Source: Ostreococcus lucimarinus (lineage: Eukaryota). Taken from it: 64,000 nucleotides of DNA. The stretch is taken from NCBI GenBank assembly GCA_000092065.1, contig CP000594.1, one strand, 5' to 3'. Below, one piece after another: positions 10,094-20,098 of the stretch. Every line of letters starts with the position of its first letter. Within the stretch, counting starts at the first letter, position 1. The notes beneath the pieces were generated by a model. It did no database searches, was not told the DNA's origin, and saw only the letters and a list, made by a program, of their open reading frames with translations. The translations under genes and the position numbers were made by a program.

Positions 10094-11281
10094 ATGGCGG
10101 CGGACTCGAAGCACCTGCAGCGCGTTCTCGTCACCTCGCGCGACGGGCTGACGAGAGAGCTCGACGAAGACGTCGACAGCGTCGTCATCGACTGCGACGG
10201 CGTCGTCTGGAACGGCGACGCGCTGATACCGGGGGCGAAAGCGGCGATAGAGGCGCTGCGGGCGAAGAAGAAGAGGGTCTTTTTCGCGACGAATAACTCG
10301 ACCAAGTCGCGAGCGCACTACGCGGCGAAATTCGCGTCGCTGGGTGTGGACGTGTCGAAATATGAGATATACACGTCGGCGTACGCGGCGGCGATGTACC
10401 TGAAACAGCGAAGGTTCGATGAGATCGAGGACGGGGACGACGCGGAGCCGCGCGGGGAACACGGAGAACGAGTCGGAGACGCGCGACAGAAAAAGGTGTA
10501 CGTGATCGGTGAGAGAGGCGTGATGGAGGAGATGGAGGAGGCGGGGATTGATGTTGAGGCGGGGGTGTACGACAGCGTGCGGTGCACGGGGAGAGATTGG
10601 GAGGAGATGGAGGAGTGGTTGGATCCGGAGAACGACGTCGGGGCGGTGGTGGTTGGGAGCGATTCCGCGTTTACGTTTGCGAAATTGGCGTACGCGTCGC
10701 TGCAGATACAGCGCGGGGCGCTGTTCATCGCCACGAATCCCGATGCGGGGGATAAGATTGGTCGAGCGCTGTATCCAGGGGCGGGCGCGATCGTGAACGC
10801 GGTCGCGACGGCGTGCGGCGAGCAGCCGGAAATTTATTGCGGCAAGCCGAGCTCGTTCATGTTGGATTTGCTCTGCGAGCACACCAACATCGACATGTCC
10901 CGCACGCTCGTCGTCGGCGATAGAATAGACACCGACATTGCGTTCGGCAAGGCGGGTAAAGCCGGGCTCACCGCCCTCGTGTTCACCGGCGTCACCGACT
11001 CTGAACAGCTCAGAGAAAAGTGTCTGCTCGCCGACGCCGACGAATCGCTCGCCGACGCGCTCCCCGATCGCGCCATCGGCTCCCTCGCCGAGCTCGTCGG
11101 GCTGACGTTCGATCCCGACGAAGTCTGCGACAGCGTCAGCGACGTCGACACCGACGTTAACATCGACGAAGACGACATGCTTCGCGCGTTCCCCGTGAGC
11201 GACGCGCCGTTGCCCGAGTGGTCGCAATACGACGACGACGACGATCAATTCGATCAAACGCAGTACGCGCCGGCGTCGTAA
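10094..11281 (+). CDS. Phosphoglycolate phosphatase (HAD superfamily, p-nitrophenyl-phosphatase subfamily)
   Basis: ATG at 10094 (MAADSKHLQ...). HAD motif I VVIDCDGVVW, then GKPSSFMLDLL and VVGDRIDTDIAFG. The ORF-track start at 9959 is upstream of this ATG. Confidence 0.8.
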   Translation: MAADSKHLQRVLVTSRDGLTRELDEDVDSVVIDCDGVVWNGDALIPGAKAAIEALRAKKKRVFFATNNSTKSRAHYAAKFASLGVDVSKYEIYTSAYAAAMYLKQRRFDEIEDGDDAEPRGEHGERVGDARQKKVYVIGERGVMEEMEEAGIDVEAGVYDSVRCTGRDWEEMEEWLDPENDVGAVVVGSDSAFTFAKLAYASLQIQRGALFIATNPDAGDKIGRALYPGAGAIVNAVATACGEQPEIYCGKPSSFMLDLLCEHTNIDMSRTLVVGDRIDTDIAFGKAGKAGLTALVFTGVTDSEQLREKCLLADADESLADALPDRAIGSLAELVGLTFDPDEVCDSVSDVDTDVNIDEDDMLRAFPVSDAPLPEWSQYDDDDDQFDQTQYAPAS

Positions 11282-11464
11282 TTCATCACTATATTTTAAT
11301 CTGTAGTCTGACGAAAGTTTTCGAAATCATTCGCCTCGCCTCGCCCGAGCGCGCCTCGCCCGACCGCGCGGTTTGGGGGGGACTAAAAGTCGGTTAGACT
11401 TTACTACGCGTGGTGAAAATGAATCGTCGTGACCGCACATCTCGGCGCATCGCGCGCGCGCGCG

Positions 11465-11629
11465 ATGGATCTCGCGAAAACGATCCCAAAATGTCTCAAC
11501 GACGCGCAAATCTCGTTGACGACGCACAAGCGCGGCGCCAAGACGCTGTGCGCGGTGCGAAACGAAGACCCAGAGACGTTTTTACCGACGTTTTGTAACG
11601 CAATCTTGCCGGTTTTGCTCGAGTACAAG
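11465..11629 (+). CDS. CAPG: Condensin complex subunit 3 (CAP-G/Cnd3), exon 1 (55 codons, MDLAKTIPKCLNDAQISLTTHKRGAK...LLEYK)
   Basis: ATG at 11465. GTACGC donor at 11630. N-terminal similarity to NCAPG up to the ...YK|RE... junction. Confidence 0.65.
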
Positions 11630-11826
11630 GTACGCTTGGACGCCGCGGCGACGCGCACGCGCGCGGACGATACGGTGTCGTCGTTCGTTGGATGTGGACG
11701 ATCAGAGACGGCGGGAAACGCGCGTGTGAGATGCGAATGCGATGGAACGATGACGCCGGGACGCGGCGAGCGCGCGAGACGGGACGACGACTGACCGAAC
11801 GCGGCGAACGCTCGAACGAGACGCAG

Positions 11827-14610
11827 CGAGACGTGTGCACCGAACGTGTCGTACGATTTATCGTCACCTTTTGCGCGTGGCGCGAGGAAGGAATGGAGGA
11901 AGACGCGGATGAGTTCAACGAGGCGTTTTTGGGATTTTTGCTCAACTTGCACGGAGCGAAGGACAAGGCGGTGCGATTCCGCGCGTGTCAAATCATCGCG
12001 GGTGTGCTGAATGGACTCGGTGCCGACGCTGAGGTGAGCGATGAGTTGTATGAACGCATGACGGACGTGATGCTGGAGCGGATTCGGGATAAGATGCCGC
12101 CGGTGCGGGCGCAGGCGGCGCGAGCGCTGAGTCGTTTGCAAGACGGAGGGGAGACGCAAGATTTCTCGCAGGATGACATCACGCAAGCGTTCGTGGAGTT
12201 GCTCGGAAGCGAAAAGAACAAAGAGGTGCGAAAGGCGATTTTGGGCTCGCTCGCGATCTCTGATTACACGATTCCGTGCGTTGTAGAACGCACGCGGGAC
12301 GTGGCGGAGGACGTTCGTCGCATCGCATTTTTGGCGCTCACGTCCAAGGTGCCCGTCGAGTCGGTGTCTATCGCGCATCGTGCCTTGGTTTTGCGTCGAG
12401 GTTTGAATGATCGCGCACCCATGGTTCGAAGCGCGAGCGTCGAGATGCTCAAGCGATGGCTCGAAGCATTCCAGGGCGACGTCGTGAAATTCCTCACCGC
12501 GCTCGACGTCGAGTCCAACGAATCCGAAGCCGAGCTCGCGCTCAAGGAACTCATCACCATCGGTCGCATCAAGCCTATGGACGTGTGCAAAGACGTCGAG
12601 CTGGTGTCGAAAGGTTTGAAACGCGACATCGACGTCGACGGTCTCATGACGCCCGAAGAAGGGTTGTACTGGCGCGTCGTTTTGCAACATTTGGCCGAAG
12701 CCTCCGCCGTCAAGGGCGCAAATTCGGCGCAGTCGGTCGGTCAAGCGCGGGAAATCGCCGTCGCCGAAGTCGGTGAGATGATCGAAGCTATGGAATCGGC
12801 GTTACCGCCGACGGCGATGGATTTGCTGAGCATCGTGAGCTCGCACGCGAAGAGCGCGGAAGGGAAATTCGCGGCGAGACAACTCCTACCTCTTCTCAAA
12901 TGCGTCGATCTGAACGACGGTGCGATTCGACGAGGCGCCATCAACTTGGTCGCTGAGCAGCTTCACGTCAAACCCGTGGTGAATTCGCACGGATCGTCGT
13001 ACGCGTGCGGGGGTGATGGCAAGTGGGAGAGCGCGCTCGTCGAAATTGCTCGTCTCGTCGCCAACGATTCCACCGAATTCGCCGGTCTCGTTTTGGACGC
13101 CGCAGATTCTCTTCAAATGTCTGGTACTGCCGAATCGCTCACGCAGGCGTTGTACATCGCGGGTTCTTTGCTCGAGCGCACGTCGAAGCGTTTACCATCC
13201 GTCGCCGCCGAAGCCGTGATGGACTCTTTGATCAAGCCCGCGGTGACGCACTCCACCACGGCGGTTCGCCGGGAATCGATGCGCGTGCTGGGTCTCTTAC
13301 TCGCTTCTCAAGGCGTCATCAACCCTGACGCGGTGGTGATTCTGCGAACGGCCTTAAGTGCCGATGCCGCGCCCGTTCGATGCATGGCGGCTCGCGCGCT
13401 CGGCGACGCAGCGCTTCTTCATGGTCCCGCGGCGCTGGACAAATATCGCGTCCTCGTCGATCCGGAGGATGAAGACGTCACTGAATCCGCATTCAACGCG
13501 AGTCTTCCTCTCGAGATTGCACTCATGAAGTGCCTCGATGAAGAAGGAAAACCATTTGTGTTCAAAGCGAACGCGTATGATTTGGAAGACGTAGATGTTG
13601 AAGACGTGGATGCCACCAAGGCCGCCGCGGCGGTGGAGGCGGAGGAAAGCGTCGGCACCGTCGCCGCGGAGTCGCTCTGCAAAATCATCCTTCGTCGCGG
13701 TGAAGGCGCGTTTGAAGCCGCTGCGGCGGTTGTCTCGCGATTGCTTGGCAGCTACTTTGCGGCGGATGCGCAGCGAAGACCGCGTCTCGCACAATGCTTG
13801 GCCGTCTTCTTCCCGGCGCTCGCAAGCGGGCCGGAGGATCGTCGACGCTTGCTCGCGGATTGCGCCCTGCCGGCTTTGCGCGCCGCGGCTAAGATCAAGG
13901 GCTTGTCGCGCGTCGCCGCCCTTCTCGTGCAACTTCTCACCGCGTCCGAAGAACCGACGGCGGGCGGCGCCGAACTCGCCCTCGCGTTGGCGAACGAATC
14001 TCTGGCGTTAAGCACGAAGCAAACGCCATCTGGCGCGCAAGCACCGCTCGCCAAGGCGTACACCAACGCCATCGCTCGCGTGTTATCTGTCGTTCCAGTG
14101 AAATCCACGCGAGACGAAGTCGACGTCGCTGAAAAGGTCGAGCTGAACGACACGTTAACCAAGGCTTGGCACGCCGCCGTGCTCGCGGCGGAGCGAACAA
14201 AGGAAAAGTCTGCGGCCAAGGATTTGGCGATGGCGGCAGAACGTCTTCGCTCGAATTGCCTTGCGACACAAAAGACGGTGGCGCCCGAAACCGAAGGTAG
14301 CGAAGGAATCGCCGTTCCAGCGGATGACGACGACTTATCGACGCAGATGAACGACGACGTTCGCGCCGCCGTGATGGAGTACGCAGAGGAGCTCGCCAAC
14401 GGCGCTGACGTACCGTTTTGCGGTTCTAAAGTGAAAGCCGCCAAGGTGAAAGCCGCGCCCGCGGTGCCGACGCGCGAGTCTCGTTCGCGCGCGAGCAAAA
14501 CTGCGGCGGCGGATAAGCTGAAAGACGACGACTTGAAGAAGCCGCTTCCGAAAGTCACGCCCGAACGCAAGTCTCGTTCTCGACGAGGCGCGCTGCAAGA
14601 AACAAACTGA
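11827..14610 (+). CDS. CAPG: Condensin complex subunit 3 (CAP-G/Cnd3), exon 2. HEAT-repeat protein (DKAVRFRACQIIA, RDKMPPVRAQAARALSRLQ, NKEVRKAILGSL).
   Basis: Acceptor ACGCAG at 11821-11826 preceded by a CGACGACTGACC branch motif. Phase 0, in frame with ORF 11692..14610. The spliced junction LLEYK-RDVCTERVVRFIVTF aligns with human YK-REPAVERVIEFAAKFVTSF. Confidence 0.75.
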   Translation, partial: RDVCTERVVRFIVTFCAWREEGMEEDADEFNEAFLGFLLNLHGAKDKAVRFRACQIIAGVLNGLGADAEVSDELYERMTDVMLERIRDKMPPVRAQAARALSRLQDGGETQDFSQDDITQAFVELLGSEKNKEVRKAILGSLAISDYTIPCVVERTRDVAEDVRRIAFLALTSKVPVESVSIAHRALVLRRGLNDRAPMVRSASVEMLKRWLEAFQGDVVKFLTALDVESNESEAELALKELITIGRIKPMDVCKDVELVSKGLKRDIDVDGLMTPEEGLYWRVVLQHLAEASAVKGANSAQSVGQAREIAVAEVGEMIEAMESALPPTAMDLLSIVSSHAKSAEGKFAARQLLPLLKCVDLNDGAIRRGAINLVAEQLHVKPVVNSHGSSYACGGDGKWESALVEIARLVANDSTEFAGLVLDAADSLQMSGTAESLTQALYIAGSLLERTSKRLPSVAAEAVMDSLIKPAVTHSTTAVRRESMRVLGLLLASQGVINPDAVVILRTALSADAAPVRCMAARALGDAALLHGPAALDKYRVLVDPEDEDVTESAFNASLPLEIALMKCLDEEGKPFVFKANAYDLEDVDVEDVDATKAAAAVEAEESVGTVAAESLCKIILRRGEGAFEAAAAVVSRLLGSYFAADAQRRPRLAQCLAVFFPALASGPEDRRRLLADCALPALRAAAKIKGLSRVAALLVQLLTASEEPTAGGAELALALANESLALSTKQTPSGAQAPLAKAYTNAIARVLSVVPVKSTRDEVDVAEKVELNDTLTKAWHAAVLAAERTKEKSAAKDLAMAAERLRSNCLATQKTVAPETEGSEGIAVPADDDDLSTQMNDDVRAAVMEYAEELANGADVPFCGSKVKAAKVKAAPAVPTRESRSRASKTAAADKLKDDDLKKPLPKVTPERKSRSRRGALQETN

Positions 14611-14655
14611 CGCGAAACATCGATGTGATATTAAATAAACTCCTAACCACACTAC

Positions 14656-15570
14656 TCAGTTCTTCTTCTGGCCACGCCTCAGCTTCATCAGCACGACCGG
14701 CGCGGAGACTTTAACGCGAATATCCAACTGATCGAGATCGTGCCCTCCCTCGACTAACCCCCACTCCTCGATCTGCGCCTCCTCCTCGACGCGCGCCGCC
14801 GCGATGGCTTCATCCACCGTCAGCCCTCCTCGAAGCGTCTTCAAACTTATCAACAACGACTTCGTCGCCGCGCTCAGCGCGAACGCGCACGTCAGCTCCC
14901 ACGGGCACATCGCGTGCAACCGCCGCCGCAGCACCTCCACCGTCTTCTCGCTCGTTCCCGGTCCAAAGATCGAATCCGACGTCTCCACCGGTCCGAACTC
15001 TCGCTCCGCCCACGCCACGATCGGATCGTGCGCCTTCGCCTGCCTCGCCGCCGTCGCCTCGTCCGGGCTTCGCACCCGCGTCGCGTCCGTGCCAAAGTAT
15101 TTCAGCAGCGTCTCCACGTGCACCCGTCGCGTCTCCGCGTCTCCCATGTGATCGATCGCCGTCGCGCTCAGCGACGTCAGCGGCATCGTAAACGGCGCGA
15201 TGCGTTCGCCCTGCGCGTCCCACTCCGCCGCGACCGCGCGCGCCAATCCCTCCGTCGCGAACGCGTACTCGTTTCGCTTCGGCGTTCGCAGCGCGCGCGC
15301 GTCGAGCTCGACGCGCCACGTCCCGTCGCGCGCGTCGCGTTCGCGCGCGTCGACGCGCTCGTAAAACCTCGGCGCCGTGCCGTCGGCGCCCATCGTCATC
15401 GCGACGCGCTCGGACGACGCCTCGCCGCGCGTGCGCCCGACGCGCTTCGCCGCCTCGGCGCGCGCGCGCAGCGACGCGCTGCGCGCGTCGCTCGCGTCGA
15501 CGGGCGCTCGCGACGACGCCGCGCGTCTCAGCGCCGCTCGGACGCGATCGAGCGCGCGACGCGCGCGCAT
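14656..15570 (-). CDS. ATP12: ATP synthase mitochondrial F1 complex assembly factor 2 (ATP12/ATPAF2)
   Basis: ATG confirmed at 15570. ATP12 signature RFYERVD...WRVELDARALRTP...LARAVAAEWDAQ. Confidence 0.7.
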   Translation of the reverse strand: MRARRALDRVRAALRRAASSRAPVDASDARSASLRARAEAAKRVGRTRGEASSERVAMTMGADGTAPRFYERVDARERDARDGTWRVELDARALRTPKRNEYAFATEGLARAVAAEWDAQGERIAPFTMPLTSLSATAIDHMGDAETRRVHVETLLKYFGTDATRVRSPDEATAARQAKAHDPIVAWAEREFGPVETSDSIFGPGTSEKTVEVLRRRLHAMCPWELTCAFALSAATKSLLISLKTLRGGLTVDEAIAAARVEEEAQIEEWGLVEGGHDLDQLDIRVKVSAPVVLMKLRRGQKKN

Positions 15571-15630
15571 GGCGTCGCGATGTGCCGTCGCGATGCGCGC
15601 CGGCGCGCGCGGGCGTCACTCATTCGCGAC

Positions 15631-17340
15631 ATGTCGAGCGACGACGCGTTCGAGGACGCGTTGGACGACGCGCGCGACGACGCAGACGACGCCTCGAGCG
15701 ACGACGCGCGATCGGACGCGTTCGAGGACGCGCTCGGCGCGCACGCGGCGCGATTTCCGTTGCACCGCGCGGCGTTCGAGAACGACGTCGACGCGGTGCG
15801 AGCGCTGCTGGCGCGCGACGACGTCGACGCGAACGCGCGCGACGACGCCGGGCACTGCGCGTTGCACGTCGCGGCGCTGAGGCGCGCGGTGGGGGCGACG
15901 CGGGCGCTGGCGGCGAGCGCGCGGGTGGCGACGGAGGCGCGAGACGCGAGGGGCTGGACGGCGACGCGGTTGGCGACGGATCGAAGGGCGCGCGCGTGCG
16001 TCAGAGCGCTCGTGGAGGCGAACAGAGCGAGAGAAAAGAGGTTGGCGCGAGAGATTCGACCGGAGATGGCGCGGGCGGTGGAGGGCGTGGGGGATTTTGA
16101 GACGCGCGCGGCGTGGCGGTTCGGTTCGCGAGTGTTGGCGCCTTTGATTAAGATGGTGGCGCCCAGAGACGCGTACGCGGTGACGTGCGTGGGGAAAAAG
16201 CTGAGAATCGACGGCGAGTTGAGAGGGATCGATTCCGAGGCGTTGGTGCGGTCGATGATGCCGAAATGGCGACGAGGGAAGTTTAGCTTGATTTACGACG
16301 GCGACGCGGGCGAACGCGCGGCGCTTTGGTTCGTCGATCACGAATCGCGAGAGGTGGTGAACGCGATGGAAAAACCCACGAGACGGGACGGCGATGATGC
16401 CGACGCGGCGTCGACGAGCGATGCGCCGCCGCTCACGGAGGAGGAGATGATTGACGCGATCACGGACGCGTTGCTCGCCGAGGGTGCGGCGAAGAAGAAG
16501 GTGCGAACGGAGGGTTTCAAATTCGCACCGGTGAAAGGATGGATCGCGGGAAAAGCCAGCGCGTGGATTGGAGGACGCAAGGCGGAAATTTGGGAGGCGA
16601 CAGCGAAGCTGGCGCGCGAGACTGTGGCGCCGGGAGGGGGATTTAAACTCGACGGTTCGTTTGAGGAGTACGTGGAGAGCGCGAACGACGCGCGAGAAAA
16701 CGTCGTCACGCGCGCACCTTTGGGCGAGTCTTCGAAAGATAAATCCGGGTTAAACATCGATGATAGTAAGGACATGCCACAGCGTCTTCGTAAGATGTCG
16801 GCGCGATGTTGGCTCGTGCGCGACTTCCCTTTAAAGGCGAGTCAGGCGTCGCAGATTTTGGACGTCTTGGAGCGTGCGAATAAAAACGCCGCGCACGTGA
16901 ACCGCGTGGTGAAGTATTGGTGCTCAAACCACGAAAACATGTTTCCGGTGAAGATCCAAGTCCCGCTTATGCTCACGATTTACGCCCAAGTGCAATTTAA
17001 AGATTTCAAAGCGCTCGACAAGCGCGCTCGGGAAGCCAAGTTGCGAGACGGCTTCTTCGAAATTCCGTCGGATTATCGCGTGAAATCTGTGGATGAGATG
17101 CTCGCTGAAGTGGAAGAGCGCGCAAATCGTGACATGGAACGCATCGAGGCGCTGGATGAGTCGCTGGACGTCGATAACGAGACGGAAGAAATTCGACAGT
17201 TGCGCGTCGAACTAGAACGCCTGGCGAAAAACACGTCGGGCGAAGACGAAGGCGACGATGAATACGAGTTTGACGACGACGACGACGACGAAGACGAAGA
17301 CGACGAAAACTTAGATGCCGATAGAATGAATGTACGCTAG
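15631..17340 (+). CDS. Ankyrin-repeat protein with ANKRD13-type C-terminal (GPCR-chaperone-like) domain and an acidic C-terminus
   Basis: First plausible ATG at 15631 (MSSDDAFEDAL). Ankyrin repeats HRAAFENDVDAVRALLARDD.../GHCALHVAA. The ORF-track start at 14914 overlaps the ATP12 gene and is rejected. Confidence 0.55.
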   Translation: MSSDDAFEDALDDARDDADDASSDDARSDAFEDALGAHAARFPLHRAAFENDVDAVRALLARDDVDANARDDAGHCALHVAALRRAVGATRALAASARVATEARDARGWTATRLATDRRARACVRALVEANRAREKRLAREIRPEMARAVEGVGDFETRAAWRFGSRVLAPLIKMVAPRDAYAVTCVGKKLRIDGELRGIDSEALVRSMMPKWRRGKFSLIYDGDAGERAALWFVDHESREVVNAMEKPTRRDGDDADAASTSDAPPLTEEEMIDAITDALLAEGAAKKKVRTEGFKFAPVKGWIAGKASAWIGGRKAEIWEATAKLARETVAPGGGFKLDGSFEEYVESANDARENVVTRAPLGESSKDKSGLNIDDSKDMPQRLRKMSARCWLVRDFPLKASQASQILDVLERANKNAAHVNRVVKYWCSNHENMFPVKIQVPLMLTIYAQVQFKDFKALDKRAREAKLRDGFFEIPSDYRVKSVDEMLAEVEERANRDMERIEALDESLDVDNETEEIRQLRVELERLAKNTSGEDEGDDEYEFDDDDDDEDEDDENLDADRMNVR

Positions 17341-17384
17341 AACTGTATAATTACACCTTACAACACGAGACGCATCACATCACG

Positions 17385-18086
17385 CTACCCGTTCGCGGCT
17401 TTGACGAGTTTCGCCTCGCCGTACGATCCGTCAAAGTATCTCTCCAACAGAATGGCCGCGCTCGCCGAATCCAGCGCCCCGTTCTCGTTCGACCCCCCAC
17501 TCGTCGCGATGCGTTCCGACGCTTCCTTACTCGTCCTAGACTCGTCGTACGTGTACACCACCAAAGCCTTCGTCTCGGCGTTCGTCGAACGCGCGCACGC
17601 GTCCGCCACCTCTCCCGCGAATCGAGCGCACACCGCGTGCATTTGCACCGCCCCTCTCCCGCGTCCGCGACGATCTTTCGCCGCCCTCCCCGGTGGCACC
17701 GGAATTCCAACCACGATTCTATCGCAGCATTCCTCCAGCGCGACGTCTAAGATGGCTCTGACCGTGCTCGTCGTCGTCGCCGTCCCGCTGTGCGTCAGCG
17801 TTCGCAGCGGCCGCGGCGCCGCGCCACCGTTCGACACCGCCAGACCGACCCTGCGCGCGCCGTAATCCACCCCGAGCGCGATGACATCACCGCGCGCGCG
17901 TCTCGCCGCGCGTAACTCATCCTCGAGCGACGACGACGACGTTTGCGCGTCCGTGAAGGGCGCGCGGCGTTGAGAAAACCACGACGGGGACATCGCGCGC
18001 GCGACGCCTCTGTCGACGCCGTGGCGACGCGCGCGCGACGAGGACGACGGTACGAGCGCGCGCGAGCCGTTCGCCGCGCGAAACAT
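17385..18086 (-). CDS. YqgF/RuvC-like Holliday-junction-resolvase family protein (RuvX; putative organellar pre-16S rRNA nuclease) with an N-terminal targeting extension
   Basis: ATG at 18086. Core motif VIALGVDYGARRVGLAVSNGG and the C-terminal part of the fold. Confidence 0.6.
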   Translation of the reverse strand: MFRAANGSRALVPSSSSRARRHGVDRGVARAMSPSWFSQRRAPFTDAQTSSSSLEDELRAARRARGDVIALGVDYGARRVGLAVSNGGAAPRPLRTLTHSGTATTTSTVRAILDVALEECCDRIVVGIPVPPGRAAKDRRGRGRGAVQMHAVCARFAGEVADACARSTNAETKALVVYTYDESRTSKEASERIATSGGSNENGALDSASAAILLERYFDGSYGEAKLVKAANG

Positions 18087-18236
18087 GGTTCGCGCGGTGA
18101 TGCGCGGCGCGCGGGCGAGTGGCGCGTCGAGCGGCGGCGGCGAGAGGAATCGAGTGGAAGCGTACGCTCGCGACGAACGACCGCGGTGAATGAGGTGTGC
18201 TATTGAAATGAATAGAATCTAATGGCGCGGCGACGC

Positions 18237-20033
18237 TCACGCGCTGGAGGCGAAGAGTTGCGAAAACACGCGCTCTGCCCACGCCGGAATTTCCACGTCG
18301 TTTGCCTGCGTAAAGTTCACGAGCGGTTCCTGGACGTGATAACGAATCTTTCGACCCTTGCTCGCCTTGCGATCGACGTTTTTGCGACGTTTGATTTGTT
18401 TGGAGACGACGGAAGGTCCACCGGCGACGCCGGCGTCGTTGCCGCTCTCGAGGAACTCTTTGAGGAGTTGCTCGTAAAAGTCGACGTCGTCGTAAAGCTC
18501 CGACTCGCGAGCCTCACCTTCGTCCAAGCCATCGACGTTGACGGTTTCGGCTTTGTTCTCGTCGTCATCGTCGGCTTCTTCGCTCCGCACGGCGGCGCGT
18601 CGCTCACCGACGCGAATCGGCGCGCTGCGCTTCGGCGGCTGCGACTTTTCAATCAAACGCGCGGGCGCGCGCATGGTGGACGATACTTGCTGAGAGATGG
18701 ACTGGTTGAACGCCTTCAGACCGCCGCCCGCGCCTCCGCCGACCGCTTTACCCACGGAGACGGCGGATTTTCTGTACCATCGATCGCACGTCGAGTCGCG
18801 GTAGTTTGCGAACGCTCTGTATCCGGCGTCGTGCTTCGTCCACGCGTCGTCCAAGTCGTCGTCCACACCAATCACCGTAGCGTCCGCGCCGAGATTTGAG
18901 GTCGAGGCTATGTCGGCTATGTTCGCCATCAACGCAGTTTGAAGCGCAGAGAGCGTTCGCATGGTCTTCCGTGCGACTTTGGATAACGTCTCGAACGATT
19001 CGCGCGTCTCGGGCGACGCGCGTTTCAGTCCTCGGCACGCCAACGCCGTCGGTAACTTGGCGGCTCCGGTCATGACTTTCTGCAAACGAATTCTCGCGTG
19101 TAGCGCACGCTCCCAAACCGTTCGTTGCGCGCGAACCGCCTTACCTTTCGAGACGTGCTGCGCCTTGGTGTCGACGAGCTTCTTCGTTTGTTCCTCCTCC
19201 TCGCGAAACGCTTGAAGCTCTCGAGCGAGATCTGCGTCGCCTTCCGTGGCGGCGCCCAACAAATCTCTCGCCCGCGCGCCCTGCGCGTCGAACTCATCGC
19301 TCTGATCCTCGTCGTCCTCGTCCTCGTCGTCCTCGTCGCCGCCGTTCCTTCGTCCGGATCCCGTCGCCGCGGCGTCTTCGTCGTACCCTTCGTACGCGTC
19401 GTCGTCCTCATCCGCGTACGGATCCTCATCGCTCGCGTCCCCATCCTCCTCCGCACTTTCCTCGTCGTCGTCCCCGTCGTCCCCGTCGTCGTCGTCGCTC
19501 TCGTCCTCATCCGTCTCGCGCGCCGCCTCCGGTTCGTCCCGCGCGAAGTCCCGCCTCGACGCGCTTCGTCCCGCGTACTCCTCCCCCTCCATCTCGATCG
19601 GTCCTCGCATCCGCAACCGTCCGTCGTTCCCCCCCCCCGCGCGCACCGCGCGCTTTCCTCGCTCCCTCCCTCGCCTCGCCGCGCGTCCGCTCTCGCGATC
19701 GTCGCTCGAATCGTCGCCGAACCCGTCGCCCGCGTCGCGTCCCGCGTCGTCGTCCCACCCATCCTCGCTCCCGCTCTCGTCCTCGTCCAGCGCGCCCTCG
19801 ATCGCGCGCAGCGCCTCGAACGCGCGTTTGCGCGCCTCTACCCCGCCCTCTGGCTCGAGCGCGCGCGCGCGCGCGTCGTCGTCGTCGTCGTCGCGCGTCG
19901 TCGCGCCGCCGCCGGCGTCCCCACCGCGCGTCGTCGCGCCGCGCGCGATCGCGTCCAGCCGCGCCATCGCGTCCGCGCGCGAGGGCGTGGACGAGGGCGA
20001 CGCTTTCGCGCGTCTCCGCGGCGTCGCGCCCAT
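18237..20033 (-). CDS. AATF: Apoptosis-antagonizing transcription factor AATF/Che-1/Bfr2 homologue with a long acidic Asp/Glu-rich N-terminal region
   Basis: C-terminal TRAUB-type signature KASKGRKIRYHVQEPLVNF, plus TVWERALHARIRLQK. ATG at 20033 (MGATPRRR). The ORF-track start at 20117 is non-ATG and lies inside the promoter tandem repeat. Confidence 0.65.
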   Translation of the reverse strand: MGATPRRRAKASPSSTPSRADAMARLDAIARGATTRGGDAGGGATTRDDDDDDARARALEPEGGVEARKRAFEALRAIEGALDEDESGSEDGWDDDAGRDAGDGFGDDSSDDRESGRAARRGRERGKRAVRAGGGNDGRLRMRGPIEMEGEEYAGRSASRRDFARDEPEAARETDEDESDDDDGDDGDDDEESAEEDGDASDEDPYADEDDDAYEGYDEDAAATGSGRRNGGDEDDEDEDDEDQSDEFDAQGARARDLLGAATEGDADLARELQAFREEEEQTKKLVDTKAQHVSKGKAVRAQRTVWERALHARIRLQKVMTGAAKLPTALACRGLKRASPETRESFETLSKVARKTMRTLSALQTALMANIADIASTSNLGADATVIGVDDDLDDAWTKHDAGYRAFANYRDSTCDRWYRKSAVSVGKAVGGGAGGGLKAFNQSISQQVSSTMRAPARLIEKSQPPKRSAPIRVGERRAAVRSEEADDDDENKAETVNVDGLDEGEARESELYDDVDFYEQLLKEFLESGNDAGVAGGPSVVSKQIKRRKNVDRKASKGRKIRYHVQEPLVNFTQANDVEIPAWAERVFSQLFASSA

Positions 20034-20098
20034 GCCGGGCGTCGCGACGGCGCGTGACGCGCGATGGGGACGACGCCGACGGCGGACGCGCGTCGTGT

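Noticed and set aside
9890-11257. Long minus-strand ORF (455 aa), with similar long ORFs antisense to most real genes (11404..12744, 13752..14570, 14810..15619, 15616..16341, 19507..20592, 20231..21427, 21953..23230, 24247..25092, 33076..34551, 34217..35614, 36403..37119, 37640..38377, 39093..40040, 47057..48049, 59522..60886)
   Set aside because: Each lies antisense to a gene with clear conserved protein signatures. Their products are Arg/Ala/Ser-rich low-complexity strings typical of stop-codon-poor antisense frames in ~65% GC DNA. None shows a recognisable family.
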